Assembly: GCF_964355755.1 (NCBI RefSeq) | Contig: NC_092671.1 | Coordinates: 7,068,001 to 7,132,000, forward strand | Direction: 5' to 3' | Length of the DNA: 64,000 nt | DNA from: Antedon mediterranea | Lineage: Eukaryota; Animalia; Echinodermata | In this document: one piece after another, positions 50,382 through 63,894 of the stretch | Layout of the letters: the number at the start of each line of letters is the position of its first letter | How positions within the stretch are numbered: the first letter of the stretch is position 1 | Translations under genes and position numbers: made by a program | Notes under the pieces: model-generated | Told to the model about the DNA's origin: nothing | Seen by the model: only the letters and a program-made list of their open reading frames with translations | The model's database searches: none

Positions 50382-53300
50382 GTGTTAATACGAAAGAGCG
50401 AAACTCTAAAAAATTTTTTATCGTGGCATTCTATAATGGTAATGGTTAGAGAGTATCTAAAAAATAAATAATATATAACAATTTATTTAGCAACTTCGAA
50501 TGACGTAAAAATGTAGTGGTACGGTCTGACATCATACCGTAATTAATCTAGTCGTGTTTAACTATTCTAAACACAAACATGTTGTCTTATTAACGGCCGT
50601 ATATAAAGGGTAAAACAACCTAAACTAAACAACTAATTTAAAATAACACAATTAATTTGAGACTGGTGGTAGAAATGACGAGATTTTAAAATAAAAACTA
50701 TTAAAAAGTCAACTTTTGTGAAATTTCCTTTTTTTCCATTTGTTTGTCACATCTGCAGAATAAATGAGCTGTACATTTTTTTTCTAGCATTGATGTTACA
50801 TGCGTATTCATTCTTAATTAAATTAAAAAGTTCTATTCTGTATAGGTTCCATATCGTTTTTTGTACATTTTCGTTTTTCAACGTTATTTTATATACATGA
50901 TTTATATATTGAAAAACAAAAAAACAGAAATTAATTCATAGATGAGTTTGCTATTTTTTCTGGCTGAATTGTATTAAATGTATAAAGCATATGATTTTCG
51001 TTTTCTACTTCTATTATACATTTTTGGCAATTATCACTATCAGCTAATTTCCATAGTTTTAATTTTTCCTACATGCTATAATTCTGTGTAACAATTTAAA
51101 GTTGAATTGGGCAACTTTTACAACATGTTTGGTGTTTATAACTTTGTATTAAACATGATTTTTTGGTATTTGTTTAGTGAGCATTTCTACTTGTTTCAAG
51201 TTCAAACATAGAAACAATTGTTGTAACAATTGAAAGTTTTTACGTGCTTATTAGTAAATTTCAGAATGAAGAGATTAATACATGTTTGTGGAAAACATTT
51301 AAAATACGAACACTCACTATAATTGCAAATTTTTTCGTAATATTTTCGAAGAAACCATTCCCGTCAGTCAGCCAACACCCGCTGAAGACGGAGAATGGTT
51401 TCTCCGAAAATATTACCTTTATTTTAAATAGTAAATTCCACTTTCGTTCTGTTGTTGAAATAATAAATTTCATTTCTGCCCACTTGAATAAAAAAAGTCT
51501 GGGGGTCACTTCATCAAGCCTAGATATCAACGTGATAAATGGTATAAAGGAACATTCAAGTGTGAACAAATTTTATCCTACAAACAAAAACTTATTACTT
51601 ACTCACTATGGACTGTTTTGATCATAATTCAATGATTATCTGACGGCGAATTACAGTATTAAAACATCGGCCGAGATTGACAGTCAAATGGAAGTCATTG
51701 TAAATACCAGCCTATATTGCCAAAATAAAGTTTTGATTATTTGACAGTGATTTATTATAATACCGACCGAGGTTGACAGTAAGAACAACATCATTATTCA
51801 TTAAACAAGATTTTACAGATTACCGTCTATACATGCATCTCAATAATACTGTATTTATCAGGCAATGTTTTCGACTCTCTTCTCCCAGACGTGCTTTGGG
51901 GTTTGTAATTTACAAAATACCAAAAATGTCAGCCTCTAGAACTATCTGGGGATATAGCTGGCTAAAAATATAGATTTACTATTCTAGGTATTCAAGTATA
52001 ACCACGCCACCTAGCTTTTATGGGATTGGTGGTTGTTAAATTTCTTTATTTTAAGCCTATAACAACGCATAACACTGTAATTGACCTCAAATCCCGTAAG
52101 AAAAAATCTATAGAATTTCTATAAAAAAATTCTATAGAAATTATATACAAATTCTATATATTTTACTATTAGATTTTGTATAGAAACAACTTTAGAAATA
52201 ACTTTAGAAATAGCTTAAGAAATAGCTTTAGAAATTCTTTAGAATATCTTTAGAGTTTCTTTAGAATTTCTTTAGAGTTTCTTTAGAGTTTTGTATAGAA
52301 TTTCTAAAGGTTTATCTATACAGTACAGTTATCTTCTATTCTATTCTAAATGATTCCGATAGTATATAGAGGTTTATATCAATTTTATAGATATATCTTT
52401 ATATCTTTAGAATTTTTAAAGAGCTTACAGACTTTTTATATAATTTCTTATATAGAGTTTCTAAAAGTCTATAAAAACTCTTTAGAGATTCTATAAAAAT
52501 CTATAAAACCCTTATCGATATTTTTTATAAGATATCTCTATACAATCACACATAATTTCGAAATATTACGTAATTTTACAAAATAGACTCTTTTATACAA
52601 CTTTTATTTAACAAGTATACTTATAATATAACTAACACATTGTAGGCCTAAAAATCCCTCCGATAGAATCTTCAGTTAACCATGTCCTTTCTAATTATTA
52701 TTTTCGTTAACATTTATTTTCCCACCGAACCACGGGCAGGTTTGGTATTGCAAGTGTACTATCCAACGAACGACGTATGTCAGCACTGCATAATGTTGCA
52801 TGTTATTCGGAAACTTTCTATGCCTATACCTGAGACAACAATACAAAGGTTCTGAAAAGAAAGAAAAACACACATAGCCTAGTACTAGTAGTTAGTAGGC
52901 CTAAAGGCTGGTTTGATGTATAAGTAACAATTCATAATCATATTCATATTGAGTTAAAATATTACTGTTGTGTAGACTACCCTAGTACTGCCCAGTAGTA
53001 GCCTATCCCTAAACTACTAGCTAGCCTATATAAATAGGCCTAGGCTAAGCTAGGCCTAGCCCTACCTAGCTAGGCTAGGTAGGCCTAGGTCCTAGGCGAT
53101 TATTATTCAAAGTGATGTTTTATTGAGGAGGCGTTTATTCAAATAAATACCATCATAATACATTATTTAAATTAAACATCTCTTGAAACTAACTTCCGCG
53201 ACAGTGTAGGCCGTTTAGGCCCAAGAAGGAAGATGTTTTAGACGGCTTGCAATATGGGCCCTAATGGGACACAGATAGCCTACAGTTATTCCTGCCAGCT

Positions 53301-53559
53301 TACTCAATAAAACTCGGCTATCGGGATTTTATTTTTTAACTACTGTACCTTCACACGCGCGGTCCGATCCGAAAATAAACAAAAAACGAAAATAGCTATA
53401 GCCACTAACGACCAACTTAACTGAAACCAGGTAGTTGCAAGGTGAACCTGTGAACTCATCGTGAATTACTTTGACCGCGTACAATTGAAATTAAGTTGAA
53501 GATCTACCGATGAATCAGAAATTTTGTTTTAAAACTCTTTATAATATATTCCTAGGATA

Positions 53560-55698
53560 GAAATATGGAACAATATCGTAATAGTGAAAACTGTTTTACA
53601 TTTTGCGGTACACCTGAGATATTTCAGGTAGGTATCCAAGGCAGAAATTTGTTCCAAAGTTTTTCCATTGTGCTCGCCTATGTCAGAATTAACCATAATT
53701 TATATATAGTTCTAAATTACAGATCTCATTTCTTTTTATCAAACTGAAACTTGACAGGAGACAGGACCACAATATAAAACAAGTGCATTTATACCTTATT
53801 GTGAAATCCTGTATAAATATGGTAAATAATAAATGCGTTATTGCTATGTAATTCAATGTCTGAACCTTCAGGGCCATAGTCACCAGTATGGTTGGTAAGT
53901 TTTCAACCTGTCAACTTTTGACAGAAGCTTGAAGGAAATACAGATACAGCTCTGCCACGCCTATAAATAACCTTGTAAATGAATGAACCTCTACTTCTCA
54001 TCTTCTACAATCTCAACCAGTTTCATTAGATATGTACCCCCTACAGACAGACCAGCAGCATTATACACTGGTTTGATGAGTGCACATGGTTGTGGTATAA
54101 AAACTCATGTACTAGGAAAAGACAAGAATGCCTGGTGATGACTCTTGCCCGAGATGAGTGGAGGTGGACAGAGATGACATCGAAAAGCAATTATTATGTC
54201 GGCCCGGTGAACTATATGGCTTTTGGACATGTAGCACTGTGAAAATAGTTTTGAGGCAAGTGCTTTTGTTGAAACTGAACTTGTATTACCTATACAACCA
54301 GTGACACAAATATCTTAAATGGAAAACATCTCTAAAGGACAAAAGCACACTAATTCTGCTTTCTCTCTACAACTTGCTTCTACAAAGGCAGACAGAGAAA
54401 GAGATTCTAAGTTAAGTATCATTTTGTTTGAAAGAGGCTGATCATAAATATATTAACTTGAATACAGAGAGTCGACGAAATCTAAATGATGTGGTTAAAC
54501 TATATCCCTATATATGTATATGAGAGGACATGTATGTGTGGGACTTGCTGGATTTACATCAATTGATCAGGATCATTGAGCGTGGTATCATTGGAATAAC
54601 ACAAATGAATGATTTCATCAGAGCTGGCAAATCTAGTTAACATTTAAAGAGAGATGATATCCCGATTAATGAAGAATGCTGCAATTCGCACAAAGGTGTT
54701 TGTTGGCCATAGCATGATGAAATTGGACAGAAAATGTTTGAGGCATTGGTAAAAGTCTTGTAGGAGGAAAACTGTCTATATGGGATCCTAAGAAAAAGAC
54801 GAATATTGGCAAAACATATATATGACGGTGAATACAGGTGACAAACTTATCAAAGTAAAAGAAGAGAGATTATTTGCCGGTGAAATGAGGTATTTCAGTT
54901 ATTTTGCCAATTTGTTTCTGAACAAGGTTGTTGGGAACGCATATCAGTCTGTGGAAGTTCGATGGATACAGTAGTAGAGAACGAAGGAAGGTCAACTTAC
55001 TGTATCGCATTCAAGATTAGAAATATTTCATTGAAGGACTTTTGGCAGAGTTAGTTGTCTTTTAACTGAAGAAGTTTATGAGATGTTTTAATATGAAGAA
55101 GTGTACTGTCAGTACTGTAGACCTCCTGATGGTCAACATTTTGTGTTAATCACCATGTTGTTGTCATAAGCATATCATTTTGTATATTTTAATCTAATTC
55201 TATTTAACTTATACAAGTTTTAATAAGAAATTTAACCCATTTTTTAAAAATGGCGGCCATTTTAAAATTCAAAATGGCGGCCATTTTGTGTTAATCACCA
55301 ATGTTGTTGTCATAGGCCTATCATTTTATGTGATTTCAATCAACGTCATAACTTGCACATGTTTTAATAAGATATTTAATCCATTTTTTTAAAATGGCGG
55401 CCATTTTGAAATTCAAAATGTCAGAATACTAATGAATATAGGTTTATAATAATTCTTATATAGCAGAGAACCCATATGAACTTAAAATATTATTCATAAT
55501 GGGTGTTACTTTGTCCAATATGGTACATTTATTGGATATTTTACGTATTGGCGGCCATCTTGGATTTGACATCTTTAAGATTTTTTTTAAAAATGGCAAC
55601 ATATTTTTTTCATTACTTTACATCCTAAAGACACTAAATCAGCTGGAATTTTGCTTTTAACAAAAAAATGACACGAAATTACAAAGTGGCCTACACTA
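53560..55698 (+). mobile_element. Degraded nested DNA-transposon-like segment
   Basis: Codon-like but stop-riddled interior, with repeated AAAATGGCGGCCATTTT subterminal palindromes (55250-55500). It ends ...TTTTGCTTTTAAC...GGCCTACACTA, similar in style to the 10272-13940 element end. The left boundary is uncertain. Confidence 0.4.
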
Positions 55699-57632
55699 TA
55701 GGGTCTGACCACCTCGGTCGGTATGACTACCTGTAGGCTAGGCCTAGTAAAAAAAATATATATCACAAGAATGAGTATTCCGCGATTTTTGCATGAGAAA
55801 TTTGTAACAGAGAGCTCCAGTGAGTGATGCCCGCCCTCATAAGGGCGGATGCATACATACTAAATAAGACTTGATTTAATAGATATTATACATGTCACAT
55901 CTATATATAAATTATGGTTATTTCTGACATAGGCGAGCACAATGCAAAAACTTCGGTACAAATCTCCGCCTTGGATACCTACCTTATCTATCCGAGATGT
56001 ACCGCGAAACGTAGATTTGATAACATTAGTGTTCACGCCGACGCTATTGTTCCATATTTATATTTTAGGAAGATATTATAAAGAGTTTTTTAACAACATT
56101 TATGATTTCAACATTAGATTTTCCTCTCAATTTCAATTCTTCCCGGTCAAAGTAATTTCCGGGTTTAAGATAAGTTCACCTTGCAACAACTTTAGTTTCA
56201 AATATTTTCTCTCTTTTAAACACAAGGGAGCAGTTAAAATAATAGATTTGACCCTAAAGGTGACTGGAAACAGGCACTTTCCATCAATCAATACAGTGTC
56301 CCTTTGGAAGACGAAAAAAAAAATCAGATAGTAGGAGTGGTTGGCCATTAGTCATAGCCATTTCAGTTTTTTGTTTATTTTAAAACATACCACGCGTGTG
56401 TGAAGGTACAGTAGTTAAATTATACTGCAAATTAATAAAGATAAATTAAATATACGTCATAAAGAATCAGAATATATTGTGGGGAATAGTATTATAAAAT
56501 TACATAGGGAGATTTGATGATAAGACATTTTTCGAGTGAAATCCCGATAGCTGAGTTTTATTGAGTAAGCTTGCAGGAATTACTGTAGGCTATCTTCCTG
56601 TGTCCCGTTAGGACCGAGATGTCTGCCCATGTTGCAAGCCATAATGTCTTCTTTCTTGGGCCCACTCTGTTACGGCAGTTTCAAAAGATGATTAAATTAA
56701 ATAATGTATTAATAATTATTAGGATGGTATTCATTTGAATAAACGCCTCTCCAATAAAACATCACTTTGAATAATAACCCCCCCCCCCCCCCCAACCCAA
56801 CTATCTAATAAACGTCCATCCATATTATTTATAATAACAAAATTATACTATTTGTAGTAGAATTCACCGCACTGTTATCTACAATTTACCAAGCATTTGT
56901 TATTCTTTTTTAGCACTTTTCATATCTATTAGAGGATTTCATTTGATTATAAATGTTACCATATTATTAAAACTAAAAAATTTAACATATATCCCTCGAA
57001 TAAGCACCTCCCTCAAATGACCTCCGCCTCCCCAAAGGGCCCTACCAAACAATAAAAACTATACTTTAAAATGTTATTAATCATCTAAAACACTGTGAAA
57101 CAAAGTAGTTTAGTTTTACGAATGTCAAGCATTTTCAATAATGGTAACCGACAGAAAACGTATAAGGAGAACGTTATCATTCCGAGAACCATCGTCTACA
57201 CATCCTAGAGGGGGAGCGAGCGAAGCGAGCTCACCGTACCCTCTAGTTATATAGAATTATGATAATAGTTTTTGCAATTGTAAACTATTTTATAATACAT
57301 ATGTATTAACAAACTAGTGTACATTCACTTTTACAGACAATTATTTACTAACATGCTAAGTTAGTTCACAAAAAAGGCCTAACACAGCAACACCAAAAAT
57401 CAATGAATCGTTACTCAGCACGGCCTATTCTTTACCATTGCCGTGTACTACTAGTCTACGCCCGGTAAATTAAGTATTGCTTTTATGATATAAATTAGTA
57501 TAAAATACATGTTATTAATAGGACAAAATGTTAAATGTCATTAACATTTATTTGTTTTCAAGAAACAAGTTAAATATAGGAATATTATTAATGATCCTTC
57601 GTGAAAACGCGTAAACACTAACACGCCCGGTC

Positions 57633-58510
57633 GTGATTTTTTTTTTCGTACATAAGTTGGGGACCCCCTCATGAAACGTCACAAAATAAACATGAATAAT
57701 TCATCAGTTAAATTTTCTTGTTCCGTGTGCACCCAAGCGTATAGCAACAAGAAGTGATTGCAGTAGTTTACACAAGTGCGGTACGATTCTAGGCCTATCT
57801 CCGCTGTGGTTGCCGCGTGCGATTTCATAATAGAATAGCGGCGTTTTGTGTGGATTGTCGAAATAATCAGCCTTTAGTTTATGGTGTGTTTAATATAATT
57901 TATTACTAAAGAATTACGTGTTAAAATTATAGTTTCTATTGATACTATTAGGCCTAATTACTATTCTCTAAACCCATGTCTATTCTAGTAGTAGCTGTGT
58001 TGGTGTGTGTGACGTGTGTGTTAGAGTCAGCAAAATTAAACAATAAACATTACACAAAAATACATTTTTTATTCTCGTGGGTCTAACCTTCCCATCTCAT
58101 GTGTTCATATACGCGCAGTTCCTTTGATTACATGCATATTGTTTGATAATAAAATAGCAGAATTAAAAAAATACAGTACACAAATTATACACATTCTTTA
58201 TTCTTGTGGGTCTAAGCTTTCTTTGGGCTATGTCCAATGAATTACTACTTTGTAATGTCTTGCCTAGCTGTCGATTAGCCTCGACTCGACACATTTTGCA
58301 TAGTGGTGTGTGTGTGTGTGAAGAAGAGTGCGCGAAGGCAATCACGTGAATTGACTTAGAATCCTAGGCCTACTGTAAAAGTATCGTATCGCAGTTGTGT
58401 AATCACTTCTTGTTGCCACGGAACAAGAAAATTTAACTGATGAATTATTCATGTTTATTTTGTGACGTTTCATGAGGGGGTCCCCAACTTATGTACGAAA
58501 AAAAAAAATC
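57633..58510. mobile_element. Inverted-repeat (MITE-like) element nested in the EnSpm-like element
   Basis: 57635-57726 (GATTTTTTTTTTCGTACATAAGTTGGGGACCCCCTCATGAAACGTCAC...TTCCGTG) is nearly exactly inverted at 58417-58510, with weaker similarity extending inward. The outer termini are unresolved. Confidence 0.7.
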
Positions 58511-59926
58511 GCCGCCCGGTCACGCTATCGTAGCGCCCGGTTGATAAAGCAAACTGTTTATACGGCAGTTTTTACTAAATAAATTGCATAAAACAAACAA
58601 TTAAATATCCAAATAGTATTTAACATGATGTTGGCATGTAGTTGATAACATTTTTTATCATGAAAATACTACCGGTGGTCTAGCCTTTGATTATTGGAAC
58701 CGTCACAAAAAGTTGTATACATCCCAGATACATCCACACTTATGGCGGCGCCCTACCACATGGACAATATTACTGTTACAGGGAAAATCGCGGATTACTC
58801 ATTCTTGTGATATATATTCTTTGGCCTACTAGCCTAGGCCTCCTAAGAGCTAGCTACACACTATTTACAATGAAAATGGCGTGCCAATACTCGAACGTCA
58901 CGAGAAGGGTGCGCGTGTGTGTGTTACAAAAAGCGCGCGGCCCCTTGATTGGCTAAAAAAGTTGTCTGCAAACACATATCATACATATTCATTAACTCGT
59001 TTAATAGATTTATATTCTATAGAATATAAATTAATTGTGTTTTAAGTTGTGTTTTTGATTTTTTTAAAGATTAAAACTTTAACCGTGTAATCATTTTCCC
59101 ACGTGGCCATGCATTTAAAAAACTGGCCACTTTCTAATACAGTTTCTATAGAAGTCTATATACAATGAGTACTTTTTAAGGCTCTATCAGTATCAATTTA
59201 ATCTATAGAAATATAGAAAATCATTTAGAACTGTATATAAAATAAAGAAAATATATATAAAATCTCTATACAAAATCTACAACAACTCTATCAAAAAGTC
59301 TATCAGATGTCATAGAATAAATATAGAATCTGTAATGGCTATCATTATAATTTAATTATGTAATTTTAAAATTTAATTTATAGATAGTTCTATAGACTAA
59401 ATTTATATAATTTATATTGCCGTCAGAATTTCTTAGATTAAACATTTTATAGAAATTCTAGAAATTCTTATAGAGAATTTCTAGATTAAAAAGTTTATAG
59501 AAATTTTATATATTATTCTTTATATAGAATGTATATAGGTTAAAAAGTTTATAAAATTCTATATATTCTCTATATAAAATTTCTATAGATTAAAAAGTTT
59601 ATAGAAATTCTATACATTCTCTATATAGATTCATTTCTTTAGAATTTATTTATATATAAATATCTATATAAAAACATGGTTCTATAAACATTTCTATGAA
59701 CTCTATAAACACTCTATAGAATTTCTATAGAATTCTATCAAGTATTTTCCTACGGGATGGTTTTATATTACAATTTATTCAAGCAGAGACACAATGTTAT
59801 TCACACATATAGACACAATTATTGTAATCTGATTTGCATTGGCCTTACATAACAATAAACTCGACAACACCGTAGCCATTGCTGCAGCACACAGGAGAAG
59901 TATTTACACCAAGCACATTCTGCAAA

Positions 59927-62900
59927 ATGTTTTGTTGGAGAACAAGTAGCTGTATTTTATTTCTTCTTCTGTCAATTATCGTATGTTCCTGTTATGGAGA
60001 AGCTCCTATAGTTTCTACTACATATGGCGACGTGTTGGGTGAAAGAATCTATTTTTCTGAAAATCAATATTTAAACTACAGCGGTAACTTTAGCCATTTC
60101 AAAGGGATTCCTTATGCTAAGCCTCCAGTAGGTGACCTTCGTTTTCGTCCTCCCGAAGCAGTAGAACCATGGTCAGATGTCTACAATGCAACTTATTACA
60201 GGAGTTACTGTCCGCAGAGTGCTGGAGGTTCTGAAGATTGCCTTTATATAAACGTGCTAGTTCCAGACAATAACGTAAGTTGAGATTTAGGTTTGCAATA
60301 CTGTATATGCTATTATAGTAATTTATTGCTGGTATAGGCCCCGATTATAGGGTCGGAGGTTAAGCAAGCAGTAGGATTCATACAAGGCTCCGATCTACAA
60401 AGCCTACAACTAAACTCTATTTTCGTAAGCCGGATACCAAATGTCATTCTCAACACCAATCCCTATTCGAGGGGGAGCTATAGTAGGCCAACTGCCAAAT
60501 TCTAATGTATATATGTTATTTTCTGACTTAACACGTTCGGTAAATCAATCGCATTGCATGTTACGTAATATTATTATTATTATTTACTTTTATATATCAT
60601 TACATATTTACTTATATATCATATATTTAAATTATATTATTAAATATTTACTTATATATATTTTATTGTTCCAGCTGTACACGTATGAAAAAACTTTACT
60701 ATTAAGTGAATGTAAGCATTTATAACAATATTTATCGAGATCGATCACCATTGGTAGGATGAATCTTTGTCTAAGAATAATAAAAAAAACATTAGAAATG
60801 CCTTGCTTATAATTTTTTCAATAATTAAAACATTTTCTACCCCTACAGTTAACCGATGTCGCAGTTTTAGTTTATTTCTATGGCGGACAGTATATCGCAG
60901 GTTCTGGAGCTGAAGCTTATTACTGGGGCGTACCACTGCTAGCAGCTTCTGGCGGTGACGTCATTTACGTCACATTCAACTACAGATTGGGAGTTCTTGG
61001 ATTTCTATCAACAGGTTGGTAATTGCAAGAAATTAGGGAAAACGATCCTTTAAAAGTTTGGTTAGTTTTTACAGCCACGTGTAATAAACTTTTTTGCACA
61101 GTCATCGGGATAAAATTCTTTTACTAATAAAGATATTTTCTTTTTTTGTATTTAGGTGATGACATAGCTCCTGGTAATTATGGGTTGCTAGACCAAAGCA
61201 TGGCGATACAATGGGTATATAACAATATCAAAGGTAAAACCATTGTAAAACATAGAAAAATAGAACAAAAATGATGGATGGTTTAAAATAGGAAACCATT
61301 TGAAAACATTTCTGGTTATAAATAATTAATTAAAAACAGATTTGGTTTTAGCGCCGTTTTTACCTTCATTTCATGTGCTGCGGTGGGATATAAGTAAGGC
61401 AGGGCTTAAATAAAATATTGTTTGATAGCCCTGGGCTAGGTCAGTTTCGTTTTCTATATGACAGACAAATTCTTCTCACAACCTTTTCTATGCTGAATGC
61501 ATTTTGTGCTTAATTTTAAAGCTTTTGGCGGAGATCCATATAAAATAACAATAGGCGGTATAAGTGCTGGCTCTGGTAGCGTCAGTGCTCAACTGTTGGC
61601 GCATTCTGAAGACAATCTTTTCCAGAGAGCAATTATGCAGGTACTGTATAGTAAAAAAAATATATATACAAGCAAAATAAAAATAAATTTTGTAACAAAC
61701 ACATAAACGGAAATTCCACAGAAAGTCTCAAATGATAAATCATAATAATCATCCTAATCAAAATGATATAATTGTCGAAACATTCAAATATATAACTGTT
61801 AACAATGATCTCAGTATATCGTCATTTTATAATTGTGTTGGTGAACCTTCGGAAACTGAGGTTTCTATTCCTATAATGTTAAAGATCATAAAACGTGATT
61901 GAACAAAAGACTTCCATCTCATTCACTTTGATCCTAATAAAAATGCATTCTCTATCATAGTTTTCAAACACTCTTATAAACCCATCTTTTTTCTTTTTTT
62001 CTCTCAGCGCTTTGGGACAATTTTTTGACTGATAAATCGAACAACATTACATTGAACTATAATATCTCAATACTTTGATACATGTTGGATTTAATATGTA
62101 TAACAATTGTATTGCTATTATTACAGAGTGGTTCAATGTTTGAACGTTCTGCCATGATTGAACTCAACATATCACGTGCAGTTGACGCCAATAGGCAAGT
62201 GGCTTCTATATTAGGGTGTGAGACGACGTCATCATCATACATGATCACGTGCATGCGCAACGCTAGTGTAAATGATATTCTAGCAGCCACGGGTGAGGTA
62301 AGTTTGACTAATGACAAACGACTTGTGTTCTACGTAATAAAGTGGTGGTGTAGAAATTTGATATGATTTCATTTCATGCGCGCTTTTTTCGTCTTGCTGA
62401 CAAAAATTAACATAGGTATCGATTCTAATGTACAAAACAGAAAACACAATATTAAAACAAATCGTTTAATTTCAAAGAAAAGTCTATAAAAAATTCATTT
62501 TGCTGTAGTAGGAATTAACAGTTAGATTAAGATTAACTTATTACATTTTTTATCAACATGATTGGGTTTAAAATAGTTAGGCCTACATTTGATAGTGTAG
62601 AAAGAACAATTCATTTTACCAATATACTATTTAACGTAGCCTAAATAAATAATAAATGTAAATTACTAATTTAGAAACATTTAGGTCACTAGCATAGGCC
62701 TACTGTTTGTTTTTAGATGATTAACCAATGTTGTTCTCATGAAGGTGACACAGAGATATAATCTTCCGAGAAGGTCTCCTGTGTTTTATCCAGTTGTAGA
62801 TGGAAAGTTTATTCCAGATCATCCGCAAAATCTCATTAAACGAGGAGAATTTAGCAAAGTTGATGTTATTCTCGGCACAAATCTAGATGAAGGAACATAC

Positions 62901-63894
62901 TGGTTAAACCGAATTTACGATTCAAACCAACTTCTAAATGACGAACCTCCATTCATGAATCGTACCTACTTTCAAGATAATCTTCAGAAAGTTTACCAAA
63001 ATGAAAACATCCTGTTTGTTGAGTCCATTATGCAAGAATATACTGATTGGGAGTTTGCAGATGACTTGGAGTACAACCATATTTACCCCTGGGTTCTAAT
63101 ATCTACAGACGACATATTTCAGTGTCCAACTGACGCTACGGCTAGGACTTACGCAGACGCCGGTAGAGCTGTCTACCGATATGTAAATACGCACATACCG
63201 TCCCGACGCACTTTATCGGACGCATATAGACCCGAATGGATTGGAACATCCCATATTGATGAATTACCGTATGTTTTTGGGTGGTACTTTAATTCAGAAT
63301 TCGAAACCAAGTTTAACCAAACCGAAGAAGAAATTATGATGTCGATTAAAGTTATGCGTTACTGGACAAACTTTGTGAAAACCGGGTAAAAACCTTAACT
63401 TCAATTCCAATACTCCTTAAGGCCTGTCTACACTATCAAACTAGTTTGATAATGTACACCTTTAACTATCATTAATATTAATGTTATACTGTATACATAT
63501 TTCCTTTCTATGCAATCTGGCATTTGCACACGTAGGCCTACTACCACCAATATATATTTTACACGTTTATCACCGTACCTATTTGCCACTCTATTATCGT
63601 CACTTACATTTTTATGAGAATAGGTCTAATCCAACTTTCCAGGTTTTTGTTCTTCAATTTCACGTTCTGTGTAGGCACTGTATACCTTGGAATGTGATTA
63701 GGTTCTTCTTTATTACAGCGATCCGAATATGGCTGACACAGCTGATACGATTGTGGCCGAGAAATGGCCTTTATTCACAATTCCCGGATTAGAATATAAG
63801 AAATTATCACCTGAAATGGAAAATTCCCGAGCAGTCAACGCGAGAGAGTGTTCTTTCTGGGCGAACTATATTCCAAAAGTTTCTCTTTATACAG
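59927..63894 (+). CDS. Secreted carboxyl/cholinesterase-family protein 2 (tandem paralog; last exon beyond window)
   Basis: Exons are 59927-60274, 60849-61014, 61156-61233, 61522-61640, 62127-62297, 62745-63385 and 63719-63894, with the same intron positions and phases as paralog 1. Motifs include a signal peptide, [20 protein letters not shown] (Ser), GTNLDEG (Glu), [13 protein letters not shown] (His) and [10 protein letters not shown] phase-1 donor follows FYTG-like LYT. Confidence 0.93.

Larger units (their letters stand above)
52093..59756. mobile_element. Large (7.66 kb) non-autonomous EnSpm/CACTA-like element with CCC termini, carrying nested repeats
   Basis: TIRs are CCCGTAAGAAAA / TTTTCCTACGGG, with a 2-bp AT direct repeat at 52091-52092 and 59757-59758. 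Subterminal arrays of TCTATAGA/TCTTTAGA motifs, ~450-600 bp long, occur at both ends. There is no intact transposase ORF inside. The superfamily is inferred from terminal structure. Confidence 0.8.

Noticed and set aside
59400-59740. TTCTA/TAGAA arrays as heat-shock elements
   Set aside because: Spacing mostly does not fit three alternating nGAAn units, and the arrays are explained as transposon subterminal repeats.
62711-62744. Alternative acceptor (ttttag at 62716) for esterase 2 exon 6
   Set aside because: It is 28 nt upstream of the in-frame acceptor, so it would frameshift.
46247-63894. Calling the esterases AChE or neuroligin
   Set aside because: They lack the choline-site Trp and GESAG of AChE. 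They retain the catalytic Ser and show no TM segment, unlike neuroligins.
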